DNA of 64,000 nucleotides from Candidatus Bathyarchaeota archaeon. GTDB lineage: Archaea > Thermoproteota > Bathyarchaeia > Bathyarchaeales > Bathycorpusculaceae. The position numbers and the translations under genes are program-made. Below are positions 9,309-19,146 of the stretch, piece by piece. Under the pieces are notes generated by a model. It was not told the DNA's origin, did no database searches, and worked only from the letters and a program-made list of their open reading frames with translations. Location: contig CAWGZR010000005.1 in NCBI GenBank assembly GCA_963827165.1, positions 1 to 64,000 of the forward strand, given 5' to 3'. The first letter of the stretch is position 1, and each line of letters opens with the position of its first letter.

Positions 9309-10496
9309 TTAACTTGCCACATGCCTACTCAAAAATCGACTTTCATGCCTACTTTTTAGTGCCAACACTGTAATACCGAATGTTACAATTACCACCGTAA
9401 ACGCTAATAAAGCGAGAACCGGAATACTCAATTCAGGCACTATTGGGCTGGGCGACACGGACGTGATAGAGGGATTCGATATTACTGAAATGGTATTCTC
9501 CCCCGAATTTGTTACGAATATCTTGTCTTTTCCTGAATCGTAGATTGTATTAATCGGGTTGGACCCCACCGTTATGTTTGCAACCACATTGTTACTGCGA
9601 TCGGAAACAACCGAGAGCGTGCTATCAGCGTAATTGGCTACAAATAACTCGCCAGAACCGTAGCTTATGCCATTTGGGTTGAATCCAACGGTTATGTTTG
9701 CAACCATAGTATTGCTACTGTCCGAAATGACAAAGACTGTGTGCGAACCGCCTTCAGGAGAATAAGCGTTAGAGGTTGTTACAAAAATTTCGCGTGTATT
9801 ATCATCATAGGTCAAGTAATAGGGCGATGTCGAATAATCTCCCACCGTAAAGTTGGCAATGACGGCGTTATTGCTGTCCGATATAACTGAGATAAAGCCA
9901 GGTAAACCTCGAGAGGAAGTGTAATTGAAAACCGAGGCATAGTTTGCCACAAATATCTCTCCTTTCCCCGAATCATAAGCAACGCAGGTTGGCTTAGACC
10001 CTACTGTTATGCTTGAAACAATAGTATTAGTCTCATCTGATATGATTGAAATAGTGCCAGATCCATAATTGGCAACAAACAGCTCACTCTTATCAGAATC
10101 ATAAGCAATAGAACACGGAAAAGCGCCCACTGGGATTGTTGCAATCACCGTGTTATTACTATCAGATATAACTGAGACTGTGCCTGAAACCTGACCCGAT
10201 GCATAATTGGTCACGAATATCTCTCCCTTGTGAGAATCGTAGGTTATGCCATCTGGATTGGATCCAACCGTTATGTTTGTAATTATGCTATTATTGTTGT
10301 CGGAGATTACTGAAACTGAGTCAGAAAGCCAATTTGCTACAAATATTTCGCTTTTGCCATAGTCGTAAGCAAGACCTTCGGGGAACATTCCCACCTTTAT
10401 TGTGCTATTTACACTAATTGCATTAGCCGAATTGATTGCTGGTAAGGCACAAATAAGGATAAAGATTACCAGGAAAATTTTATCTACGCAAGTCAT
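9309..10496 (-). CDS. YVTN-type beta-propeller repeat surface protein with PEF-CTERM-like anchor
   Basis: About seven repeats of VG.xP.GIAYD...EIFVANY...SVSVISD; C-terminal VPEL + TM + basic tail. Confidence 0.9.
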   Translation of the reverse strand: MTCVDKIFLVIFILICALPAINSANAISVNSTIKVGMFPEGLAYDYGKSEIFVANWLSDSVSVISDNNNSIITNITVGSNPDGITYDSHKGEIFVTNYASGQVSGTVSVISDSNNTVIATIPVGAFPCSIAYDSDKSELFVANYGSGTISIISDETNTIVSSITVGSKPTCVAYDSGKGEIFVANYASVFNYTSSRGLPGFISVISDSNNAVIANFTVGDYSTSPYYLTYDDNTREIFVTTSNAYSPEGGSHTVFVISDSSNTMVANITVGFNPNGISYGSGELFVANYADSTLSVVSDRSNNVVANITVGSNPINTIYDSGKDKIFVTNSGENTISVISNPSITSVSPSPIVPELSIPVLALLAFTVVIVTFGITVLALKSRHESRFLSRHVAS

Positions 10497-10691
10497 ACAA
10501 TTTTTTGGGTTAAAGATACTTATAAAATTTCCGTGTAAAATTTACTTAACGCGGGCAAGGGCAACTGACACTTCAGCAATAAACCAATCAATCTACAACT
10601 CGAAAAACGATACTATTTAGTTTCAGCAAAATATCAACTATGTTTTGGAGCAAATTAACCTGGGGCTCCTTATATGGGGAAAGCCATCAAT

Positions 10692-11000
10692 TCAATGTAA
10701 TTGGCTCCCTCTACAAGTTTTTTCTTTATCTCTAAATTTTTCGAATATTTTGAGTACTTGAAGCAATACTTCTGTTTTGTTATTTTCCCTATTTAGTTTG
10801 ATTATGCGCTTATGTCCTAAGCGCTCCTCTGTAACTATTCCTTCTTTTTCTAAAATGTGCAAGTTAGGATTGACTTGGCTATACGTGCTGTTGACCTTGC
10901 GCACAAGCATCATGACGTTTACCCGTCCCAATTTGTACAAAACCCTCAAAATCCTGCGCCGGCATGAAGAAGCCAAAATCATCTCTAACTCTATTAGCAT
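10692..11000 (-). CDS. ArsR-like wHTH regulator, paralog A
   Basis: ILASSCRRRILRVL...VNVMMLVRKVNSTYSQVNPNLHILEKEGIV. Confidence 0.85.
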   Translation of the reverse strand: MLIELEMILASSCRRRILRVLYKLGRVNVMMLVRKVNSTYSQVNPNLHILEKEGIVTEERLGHKRIIKLNRENNKTEVLLQVLKIFEKFRDKEKTCRGSQLH

Positions 11001-11199
11001 TCACCTTTAAATTACATATTTTTTTCCAATCGCTCATAAGTGTTTGATTTGAAAGTTGTGGGGGTTTGAATCGGAGAATAGCTCGATTTCGGTCGTCTTG
11101 TTGAAATCTTTGGTTAGGTTCCAATAGTTTTCTTTGCTTGTTTCCATCTTGTATTCCAAGCTAAGTTTCTGCAGTTTTAGATTTAAAGCATGTAGAACG

Positions 11200-11232
11200 G
11201 TTACGGTAAGTGGGTAACCCAGTTACCGTAAC
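11200..11232. promoter_or_regulatory. near-perfect 33-bp palindrome between the divergent wHTH paralogs
   Basis: GTTACGGTAAG TGGGTAACCCA GTTACCGTAAC. Confidence 0.7.
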
Positions 11233-11287
11233 AGGGAGATAACTGAAAGTGAACTTTTTCATGGGAAAACAAGTGAAAGTAAACCGC

Positions 11288-11312
11288 TTCACTTTCACTC
11301 ACCCCTCCACTG
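11288..11312 (-). repeat. inverted copy of the 394-418 element
   Basis: TTCACTTTCACTCACCCCTCCACTG. Confidence 0.8.
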
Positions 11313-11378
11313 TTTCAAACCGTCGGTTCGACATTTGGTTTTATAAATTAAAAGGTAAACAAAAGAAAGCCCCGAAGG

Positions 11379-11659
11379 TGGAGAGGTTGAATTTAGAGGA
11401 AATTTTGTCTTCAGCTTGCAGGCGAAAAATAATCAAGTACTTAGCCGAGAATGGCTCAGTAAACATAATGCAGCTAATTGTTGGAGTCAATGGTAAATAC
11501 CCGCAAGTCAATGCTGAATTGCAGATTCTGCAGAAAGAAGGTATAATAAGTGACCAACATATTGGTCGGACACGTCTTATCGGACTTGTCAAAGAAAACT
11601 CGGGGACTATATTGATTCTGCAAGCACTAAAAATCTTAACTGACAGAAAAAGAGGATAA
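11379..11659 (+). CDS. ArsR-like wHTH regulator, paralog B; start probably later than the ORF call at 11249
   Basis: ILSSACRRKIIKYL...VNIMQLIVGVNGKYPQVNAELQILQKEGII aligns with 10692..11000. Confidence 0.8.
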
Positions 11660-11812
11660 ATCGGAGTAAGGCGAAAAAGGTCGAAATCGACAAAAATCAA
11701 GTTAGCACGCTTTTTGCTTAACTTTCACTCAGTTAATATCTCTTCCGCTAAAACAATAAATTAAATTCTAAAAAATAGAAAAAATGATTAAGAAAGGAAA
11801 AGAAACGGAAAA

Positions 11813-11997
11813 CTAAGTTCCTGCAGCAGTTTTTGCTTCTTGTGCTGCTTGTGGCGCATTCTGCTTGACAACGTTAATGCCGTTAACGATGTTTGTTACT
11901 GTATCAGTTATAGGTTGCCGACTATCATTTCTTCGCTGCTTTAACGATAGAGATAACGCCAATAACAGTTAATCCGATGCCTGAGTAGTCTATGCTT
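11813..11997 (-). pseudogene. holin-like small membrane protein, copy 2 (5'-truncated, frameshifted)
   Basis: ~185-bp diverged direct repeat of ~7591-7767. Confidence 0.7.
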
Positions 11998-12123
11998 GTT
12001 AGAAGATGAAGATGGAAAACCATGAAAGCAAAATTAGCTTCCGCTAACCTATAATTTAATATGTCGAAAAACAGATACAAAAATAACTATTTTTAATCAA
12101 AAAAAGAAGGGAAGAAAAGAAAT

Positions 12124-12384
12124 TTATGTTGGAGTTGTTGCTGTTTGGCTTTGTGTTTGCGAAGATACTTGCGTTTGGAATACGTTGACGAATTTATGCC
12201 ATACCGCAATCATGGAGCCGCCTATAGTGATCAAGCCGCCGCACACCGATGCACCCAGAGCCTGATATTGAACTGGCATTGAACTCACCGCGGTCATACC
12301 TGCAGTGCCTGCAGCAACCAAACCTGCGCTAACCTCAACAAGTGCAGTCTCAGCTTTCTGACTCAGATTTATAGAACTCACCAT
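12124..12384 (-). CDS. two-TM holin-like protein
   Basis: Two hydrophobic helices; last gene of the late operon; GGAGGTGA SD. Confidence 0.6.
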   Translation of the reverse strand: MVSSINLSQKAETALVEVSAGLVAAGTAGMTAVSSMPVQYQALGASVCGGLITIGGSMIAVWHKFVNVFQTQVSSQTQSQTATTPT

Positions 12385-12485
12385 TTTACATTCACCTCCT
12401 TACCCAAAAACGGGTTACCATGAAAAAAAACGAACTACTGAACCATCCGAGGCTTCAGCAAAGGGACGTGGTCAAAAATTGGATT

Positions 12486-12902
12486 TTAGCTGCTACCCTG
12501 GGCAGGAACTGCTACCTCTGCATTGGCTTTCTTCATAGCATCTCCAGTCGCCTCATCCTTTAGATCCTCAGCAGACTTCTTGCCCTCAACAAAGCGCTCG
12601 TACAAGCCGAGCATGCTAATATGCAGTTTTTTCTGTTCACTCGCAGTTTTGAGCGCTTCAACAATTATGTCATGGGCTTTCTCGCCGACTACAACATCTT
12701 TCAGCACCGAGAGTTTCTCTTTGTTTAGATCTTCGTATTTGCTGCCGTTGGGCAATTTGTACTCGACAATGAATTCGCGGTGTTCCTCTTCTGTAAAACC
12801 AAGCGCCGTCTGCAAATCACGGATAATTTTCAATGTGGACGCGGTTCCTTCTTTCGGAATCACATTAAGCAGATTTATTCTTTCAGCTGGATTAAGCTTC
12901 AA
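12486..12902 (-). CDS. viral hypothetical protein downstream of the tail fibre
   Basis: 138-aa charged ORF, TTG start after GAGGTGA, co-oriented. Confidence 0.75.
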   Translation of the reverse strand: MKLNPAERINLLNVIPKEGTASTLKIIRDLQTALGFTEEEHREFIVEYKLPNGSKYEDLNKEKLSVLKDVVVGEKAHDIIVEALKTASEQKKLHISMLGLYERFVEGKKSAEDLKDEATGDAMKKANAEVAVPAQGSS

Positions 12903-12959
12903 ATTATTCTCACCTCAATTAAGCGATTTAATTTACTTAAAATGAAAAACAAAAAGAAA

Positions 12960-13241
12960 CTAACTGGAGACAGGGGCTGATGTTGTTGGAGAAGCTGTCG
13001 TTGCAGTCGCTGCTGCCGCCATGGTCGCGTTCAAGGAAGCGGCTGTAATTGCTGGCACTCCAAATATCGTTGCCAGTGCTGCGATGGTGTCTGGGAAATC
13101 GTTGAATACTTGCTGAACCGGTGGCATGAAAGGTTGACCTAGAGTTTGTTGAGTAACGATGAAGCCATTTGAGACTTGCTGAACTGTAACACTGACTAGG
13201 GAAGGAGTTGACGGTGTTGATGGTGCTGCCAAATCAATCAC
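12960..13241 (-). CDS. viral hypothetical protein with Ala/Thr-rich tail
   Basis: Overlaps the fibre stop; GGAGGTGA SD. Confidence 0.7.
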   Translation of the reverse strand: MIDLAAPSTPSTPSLVSVTVQQVSNGFIVTQQTLGQPFMPPVQQVFNDFPDTIAALATIFGVPAITAASLNATMAAAATATTASPTTSAPVSS

Positions 13242-16200
13242 CTCCTAATTTTTGGGTTAATTCATCGAGGCGTAAACGTAAATGATCTATTTCCATTCTC
13301 GCTTTGTCTAACTCTTCTCTGAGCTCATCGTTGATGATTTCTTGCTCGTCAAGTTTTTTGACTATTAATTGTTGGACGCATAAATGCCAGCCATCCATCG
13401 TGGATGATTCATAGAACCCGTCTTTGTTTTTGAGGTGCTTTATGCAGTCTGGGTCAATTGTGTCGCCTTTAAGTTTGATGTTGCGGATTAAGTCAAAGTT
13501 TATTTTTTCATTGAATTCGTCATGCAATAACTCATTGAACGCTGAGGGTGCATGGATATAGTAGATGTAGGCTGAGTATACGTAGTTCCAGTAAGAGCTT
13601 GATGTTCCGCATGATCCGGCGCCACCATAGATGGTTATCCCTGCGGTTAAGCTGTTTATGACGTTGCAGTAGAGGTATTGAGTGTCCACTATTTGCCATG
13701 GGTAGCTGTATGAACCGCAATAGTATGATCCGCCCGATTTTGGAAGTATGTTTCCGCCCACGTTGATGGCACCGCAGCTTAGACCACCGCAAGAAACATC
13801 CCCAATTGAATCTATAGAGAATACTACTCCTCCGCCCCATGAGCCCCTGTAATAAAACCAGTTGCCGTTAGTCATGATGTTAAAGGCGCCGTCATACCAT
13901 TGGATGCCGCCGTTTCCTGTTCCAAAAAAACCGTTTCCGAATATGGCGTTGCTGTAACTTGTGCCAAGAATTTCAACGGAGCCAGCGACGTAAGCTGTTA
14001 CGCAAGAAATTCCAGCCCATCTGTTTGAACCACTGCCAAGACCATAAGCATTGTCACTGATCGGGTTAACGTTGCCATTCATGTACATCGTGACAGCTGC
14101 GCCAGAAGCACCGCCAAGGTATAACGTGCTTGATGAGTTAAGCCAGGAACCGCTAACCCAAAAATTACTAGCTTCGCATTGACCTGTAACGTTCATGCCG
14201 CCGTTTATCTGGACGAAGTCCCACATGCCGATCTTACGTGTGCTGCCTATGTAGGAGCCAACTATCATCATGCCGTTCGTAGTCGAGTCAATAGCTATTA
14301 TCGACATGGACGTCGAGCAGTCCGACCATATCGAACCCCAACTGTTTTCAAATCCAACGCTCCCGAGACGACCGTAGCCAGTCGCCGTTACGCTGTTGGA
14401 AACCGTCATGTTGCCCGACTGGTCCAATAGCAAGAGGTCTACAGTCCAAGCATAATCCACAACATCTAGCCTTTGCCCTGATGCGCCAAACTGAATAGTG
14501 CACCCTGAAACAGAATCGGTGCGGCAGAATATTTGCGGATAACCTGAATTGTTTGCGCCTCCTCCTCTGGTTCCAATTTGATGGTAACCTGAAGATACTA
14601 TCCAGCCATAAGTGGTTAGGTCTCCGGCAGTGTCTAAAATCATTGTGTAACTTGAACCATGTGCCCAATAGCATTGACCGTTGCTGTGCAATCCAAACAG
14701 GTTAGTTCCAGTCGAATTATACAGAGCACCATGACTGCCGTTGCTAATGTAGTAGCAAATATTCCAACCGTTAAAACCAGCACCGTTGGCACCATTCGCA
14801 TAGACTTGAGGCGCAGTTACGGCGTTTGCCACTGTTCCGCCGCTCCAGGCAATGCTTCCCGATATTGTGCCAGTAACGGTTAGGTTGCCGTTTATGTAGA
14901 CTACAGGGTTTGCTGTGCCGGTTATGTAGAGCGGGTTTCCATAGGTATTAAGAACGTTGTAGACGGTTGAACCGATGGTGTAGTTGCCATTCATTGCTAA
15001 GTAAGTGGCTCCGCCATACACTCCAATTTTGATTGCTGCAGACGCGTTCGTGCATAAGACACTGTCGAACACTGCATCGCTGGTTGTGTTCAATGCTTGA
15101 TTTGGCAACGAAGAAGCCGCAGCGTAATAACTTGCCAACTGCCCGTTCAGTTCGGTTGCATTCGTAGCTGTAGCTGCATTGCCAGTGCATGACCCTGAAG
15201 AACCAGAACAGTTACCCATAACATTGCCAGAAAACGCCCCAGTTATCGTGCCATTTACAGTTAGGTTTCCATTGATGTACATGATGGGGTTAGATGTGCC
15301 TGTTACATAGAAAGGGTATGCATAGGTGTTTAGAATGTTGTAGGCAACGGAGCTAATCGCGTAGTTGCCAACCATCACCAAATAAGGAGCTGAAGGATTA
15401 GAGGATGGCGAGATCTTTATGGCTGCAGAAGTATTCGTACAATTAACACTATCGAAAACTGGATCCGCCGAGGTTAAGCCAGTTAACTGTGAAAATTGTA
15501 TGGGCATTGACATGTAATTTGAAATCTGGCCGTAAAGTATTGTCCAGCCAGACGCGATAGCGCCTGAACCGCTAAGAGTAGCAGGAGTAACAGCCGATCC
15601 AAGCTGAGCAGTTGATATTGTTCCGCCAAGAAGTGAGAAAGTAACCTGTGCGTATATTGGTGCTGAGCTACCTTGGCCTTCCAAAAAGTAACCGCTTGTT
15701 CCCAGCGGCAACTGCCCTAATGTTGTTGTTATAGTGATCCATTTAGGCGGAGCGCCTGAACCTTGACTTTGTAAAACCTGTCCGCTTGAACCAACCGTAG
15801 CGCTCCCAATAGTTCCTGTGTTTAGCGGGCACAGCAAAGTTATGGCTGAAGACTCCAGGCAATTCAAGAAATCAGTGTAACAGAAGACCTGGTCAACCCA
15901 GAGGAACGGGTACTTGTACGTTCCTAAGCCAATCATTGGCGCAGTATAGGGCGGTCCAGATTGCGGAGTTATCGTCGCAGTTGCCGCGGAGCCGTTTTGG
16001 TTTGCAACCGACGGAATAATATAGGTAAGATAGCTGCTGTTGAAGGTTAAAAACGAAGCTGGAAACCCAGAAGAAGGCACAGGCAACAACGGATTATTGC
16101 CAAGCATCAACGAAGCTACGTCACCAAAATTATCGGCTAATGTCACATACATGCCCGACGTATTAGGGTCGCTGCCATCCGGCATGGTCTGCAAAGCAGC

Positions 16201-17172
16201 GGAAGCATTAGCCAGCTTGGCTACAGCGCCGTTAATTGAAGAAGTCGCATTGATCAATGCGAGGAAAGCACCTGCAGGAGTGACAATTTCTAAAGTGCTT
16301 TTCGTCAAGTTCTTGGTGATGCGGTAAATCGCATAATTACCGCTTAAGCCAAGTTCGGCACCATTTGAGATAGTGACCAAATCTCCACTGTTCAAAGCGG
16401 CTGTTTGAGAAATGTCAGCTTCAAGCGGGCAACCGCTGTTAGTTTCTGCTAAACTCTGCAGATACGCGGCTGCCAACGCATTCAAAGACGCCTGGCTGGT
16501 AACAGCATTATTTGTTAATGTAATTGTGTTGTTGCCTGCTCCGACGCTACCCGCAGTGCCAATGATTACTTGTCCGGTGGGGCTTACTCCGCGGATAACT
16601 ACTCCTGAATAGGCTGTTTTGCTTCGATCAAAATTAACCTGGCTTTGTGTATCAACCGTTATTGCGGTTGGTGTTTGATTGCCTTTAACACCGATAATAA
16701 CTGTTGAACCCGAATTGTAAACGTTCTGGTTAAGAAGAGCGGCTAAGTTTTGAGCAGCCGTTAAGCAATCCGTTGAATTAAACTGTATACTAACGGATGT
16801 TGTTGGGCAAGAGCCAGCAGTCATGCCGGACGCAGCGCAGATCGCAGCTAAAACCGTGTTTGCAGCTACGTTATTGTATGCGCCGGTGATTTGGCGTTTC
16901 TCCATGACTTCAAAAGTGTTATTGTACACTGTGCAGGTTATCTGCGTAAAAGTTGCTGTGTAGGCCATAAGTAAGCCGCTGAAAATAATGGTGCTTCCCC
17001 ACAGCAGCTGCACTTGCTGGTTACTCTGTACAAAGGTCAAGTTCGCCGATGTGTTAGGAATAATAAAATCAAGCTCAAGCTGGCCGTTCAATTCGTCAAT
17101 AATCTGGCTGAACAAGGCATTCGGTACCGTAACCCAACTAGTACCGTTATAGTATTGGATTGTAAAAACCAT
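13234..17172 (-). CDS. tail tip/baseplate hub fused to tail fibre with C-terminal chaperone-like coiled coil
   Basis: N-terminal hub-like region; G/S/N-rich fibre with internal repeats; P-x4-Y-x-[LC]G-x5-W motifs; C-terminal heptad coil; position after TMP/Dit. Confidence 0.85.
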   Translation of the reverse strand: MVFTIQYYNGTSWVTVPNALFSQIIDELNGQLELDFIIPNTSANLTFVQSNQQVQLLWGSTIIFSGLLMAYTATFTQITCTVYNNTFEVMEKRQITGAYNNVAANTVLAAICAASGMTAGSCPTTSVSIQFNSTDCLTAAQNLAALLNQNVYNSGSTVIIGVKGNQTPTAITVDTQSQVNFDRSKTAYSGVVIRGVSPTGQVIIGTAGSVGAGNNTITLTNNAVTSQASLNALAAAYLQSLAETNSGCPLEADISQTAALNSGDLVTISNGAELGLSGNYAIYRITKNLTKSTLEIVTPAGAFLALINATSSINGAVAKLANASAALQTMPDGSDPNTSGMYVTLADNFGDVASLMLGNNPLLPVPSSGFPASFLTFNSSYLTYIIPSVANQNGSAATATITPQSGPPYTAPMIGLGTYKYPFLWVDQVFCYTDFLNCLESSAITLLCPLNTGTIGSATVGSSGQVLQSQGSGAPPKWITITTTLGQLPLGTSGYFLEGQGSSAPIYAQVTFSLLGGTISTAQLGSAVTPATLSGSGAIASGWTILYGQISNYMSMPIQFSQLTGLTSADPVFDSVNCTNTSAAIKISPSSNPSAPYLVMVGNYAISSVAYNILNTYAYPFYVTGTSNPIMYINGNLTVNGTITGAFSGNVMGNCSGSSGSCTGNAATATNATELNGQLASYYAAASSLPNQALNTTSDAVFDSVLCTNASAAIKIGVYGGATYLAMNGNYTIGSTVYNVLNTYGNPLYITGTANPVVYINGNLTVTGTISGSIAWSGGTVANAVTAPQVYANGANGAGFNGWNICYYISNGSHGALYNSTGTNLFGLHSNGQCYWAHGSSYTMILDTAGDLTTYGWIVSSGYHQIGTRGGGANNSGYPQIFCRTDSVSGCTIQFGASGQRLDVVDYAWTVDLLLLDQSGNMTVSNSVTATGYGRLGSVGFENSWGSIWSDCSTSMSIIAIDSTTNGMMIVGSYIGSTRKIGMWDFVQINGGMNVTGQCEASNFWVSGSWLNSSSTLYLGGASGAAVTMYMNGNVNPISDNAYGLGSGSNRWAGISCVTAYVAGSVEILGTSYSNAIFGNGFFGTGNGGIQWYDGAFNIMTNGNWFYYRGSWGGGVVFSIDSIGDVSCGGLSCGAINVGGNILPKSGGSYYCGSYSYPWQIVDTQYLYCNVINSLTAGITIYGGAGSCGTSSSYWNYVYSAYIYYIHAPSAFNELLHDEFNEKINFDLIRNIKLKGDTIDPDCIKHLKNKDGFYESSTMDGWHLCVQQLIVKKLDEQEIINDELREELDKARMEIDHLRLRLDELTQKLGGD

Positions 17173-17567
17173 TAGAGATTCACGTAGGATGCTGCATGCT
17201 TAAAGATCAAAGTAAATTTTAGTATTGGATTGTTTGCGTAATCTTTTGTTTGAATGAATGTTGCTTTATCCAGCTTCCAGGTGCTGTTGAGGCTGGATCT
17301 GGGCGTTGATAATGTGCAAACTAAGCCTCGAAAACCAAGCAGAGGCGTAACATAAGTAGTATCCAGGTAAGCCATGTTCTGGCCTGATACGTTAAGAACG
17401 CCCTCCAAAGTTAACTGGCGGATGTCGCTGCCGATAGAAACCAAAACAGGTTCTTGCTCGGGAACGGTAATTGTTGTGTCGTCAACGGTTGGTGCTTCAT
17501 CGGTTACTGTTTGTGGCGCCAAGGGCAAAGTAACCGTCGTGGATCCTTGCGTTATCTGCCAGCTCAT
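17172..17567 (-). CDS. distal tail protein (Dit/gpU-like)
   Basis: 131 aa between TMP and hub; IGSDIRQLTLEGVL. Confidence 0.65.
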   Translation of the reverse strand: MSWQITQGSTTVTLPLAPQTVTDEAPTVDDTTITVPEQEPVLVSIGSDIRQLTLEGVLNVSGQNMAYLDTTYVTPLLGFRGLVCTLSTPRSSLNSTWKLDKATFIQTKDYANNPILKFTLIFKHAASYVNL

Positions 17568-19040
17568 CTACAGCACCTTATTCATTAGTCCTTTCTTGTA
17601 CATAGCGTCGCAAATGCCCTTGCTGACTGCATCTCGTGTTTGCTTGAGCGAAGCTGAACCTGTAATGCCGCCGTTAATTGTGATGTTTGGAGAAGAGATA
17701 TTCACGTTGCTTGTTCCAGAACCGCCCTTGACATTAACGTTGCCAGCTAGACCCTGAAGGCTGCTGCCAAGAGTGTTGGTTTTATGAGCAAGTTGATCGC
17801 TAAGCGCGATACTCTGCGTAACCTGCTTGTTGAATTCTTCCGCAGCTGGAGCAGCGTGCGCAAAACATAGGTGGCTAAGGGCTGAACCCAAGTCGCCAAT
17901 CAATCCGCTAAGAGGTTTCACAGCGTTCGCAACAGCATTAATCGCCGTTTCAAAAGCCTTCACCGGAATCAACGCAACTTGCAAGTCTGCAACAAGAATT
18001 TCTTTGAAAAAGTTAGCTACCGGCAAAAGAATCGTTGTGTAAGCCCAGTTAAGAGCATTCCACAGGGCGTCTCCTGCGCTCTTCAAATCATTGAAAGCAC
18101 TAAGAAGGGCTCCGCCGATCACGTGCCCTAAGTCATTGATGACGTCGCGGAAGGGTTTGCAGTGCTCATAAGCCTCATAAAATAGCGCAGCTAAAGCTGT
18201 AACTGCCAGCACAACTAGCATAATCGGGTTAGCATCGCAGACTGCATCAAACAATCCCATAGCACCCGTTGCTGCCTCTGTTGCGCCAACCTGGATCCAC
18301 TGTGCAGCTGACTGAGCATCCGTCGCAGCTGTACTAGCTATCGTGCCAAGCGTCCCAGCTTCACGAAGACTGTTCAACGTCGTCATAATACCGACGACAC
18401 TGGGAATAACCGTAAGAGCCGACATCACAAGAGTACTATTATAATTACGTTGAGCCTCTGAAACCCTTTCTTGATCCACGCTTTGAGTCTGCTCAGCTAA
18501 AGCAAGTTTATTCTGTGCATCCTGTGCTTGCAAGCTTGTGGGACCATATTCGGCAACTGCTTTATTGTATGCTTGCTGAGCTAAAGTCACGGAATTCGCG
18601 GCTTTCTCCTCAGTCAAATTTGCCTTCGCAAGTGAAGTCTGAGCGTTCTCAATGTTGTTTACGCTCATATAGAGCATGGCGCCGCTCATGGCCATCGTGT
18701 TCATCTGCATTGCATTTTTGCTAAAGCTGCTGCTTGAATCCTCAGTCGCTTCTCCCGCCTGTTGGGTGCTGACTATAACTTGATTCATGCTTACCTGAGC
18801 AGAATCTGCCGCTTGATTGAAAGAATCCTGCATCTGAACAGTATCAGCCTGCACAGTAGTCGTCATAGTGGTGACGCTGCCCGCAGTATTCTGCATGCTA
18901 CTTGACACATCGGTGCTCATTGAGTCGGAAGCTTCGCTGACATTGCTGCTCATATCGGAAAAGTTGCTGCTGACCTCTTGGAAAACATCCGAAGCATCAT
19001 CAGTCGCGATAATGTCTATTTCTGCAGGAACTCCACTCAT
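17568..19040 (-). CDS. tail tape measure protein
   Basis: IDIIATDDAS N-terminus, Ala/Gln-rich helices, ANPIMLVVLAVTALAA..Y....FRD motif. Confidence 0.9.
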   Translation of the reverse strand: MSGVPAEIDIIATDDASDVFQEVSSNFSDMSSNVSEASDSMSTDVSSSMQNTAGSVTTMTTTVQADTVQMQDSFNQAADSAQVSMNQVIVSTQQAGEATEDSSSSFSKNAMQMNTMAMSGAMLYMSVNNIENAQTSLAKANLTEEKAANSVTLAQQAYNKAVAEYGPTSLQAQDAQNKLALAEQTQSVDQERVSEAQRNYNSTLVMSALTVIPSVVGIMTTLNSLREAGTLGTIASTAATDAQSAAQWIQVGATEAATGAMGLFDAVCDANPIMLVVLAVTALAALFYEAYEHCKPFRDVINDLGHVIGGALLSAFNDLKSAGDALWNALNWAYTTILLPVANFFKEILVADLQVALIPVKAFETAINAVANAVKPLSGLIGDLGSALSHLCFAHAAPAAEEFNKQVTQSIALSDQLAHKTNTLGSSLQGLAGNVNVKGGSGTSNVNISSPNITINGGITGSASLKQTRDAVSKGICDAMYKKGLMNKVL

Positions 19041-19146
19041 AATAAATCACAAACTTTTTTGTTCAATATGATATTCTATTAACAAAGAGTGCAGCCATCT
19101 TTACACGCAATAGAAGCATGCTGTGACGTCAAAAGCAAGATTGGGT

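Noticed and set aside
13234-14200. Diversity-generating retroelement target in the Tyr/Ser/Asn-rich fibre tip
   Set aside because: No reverse transcriptase and no adenine-variant template repeat seen in the window
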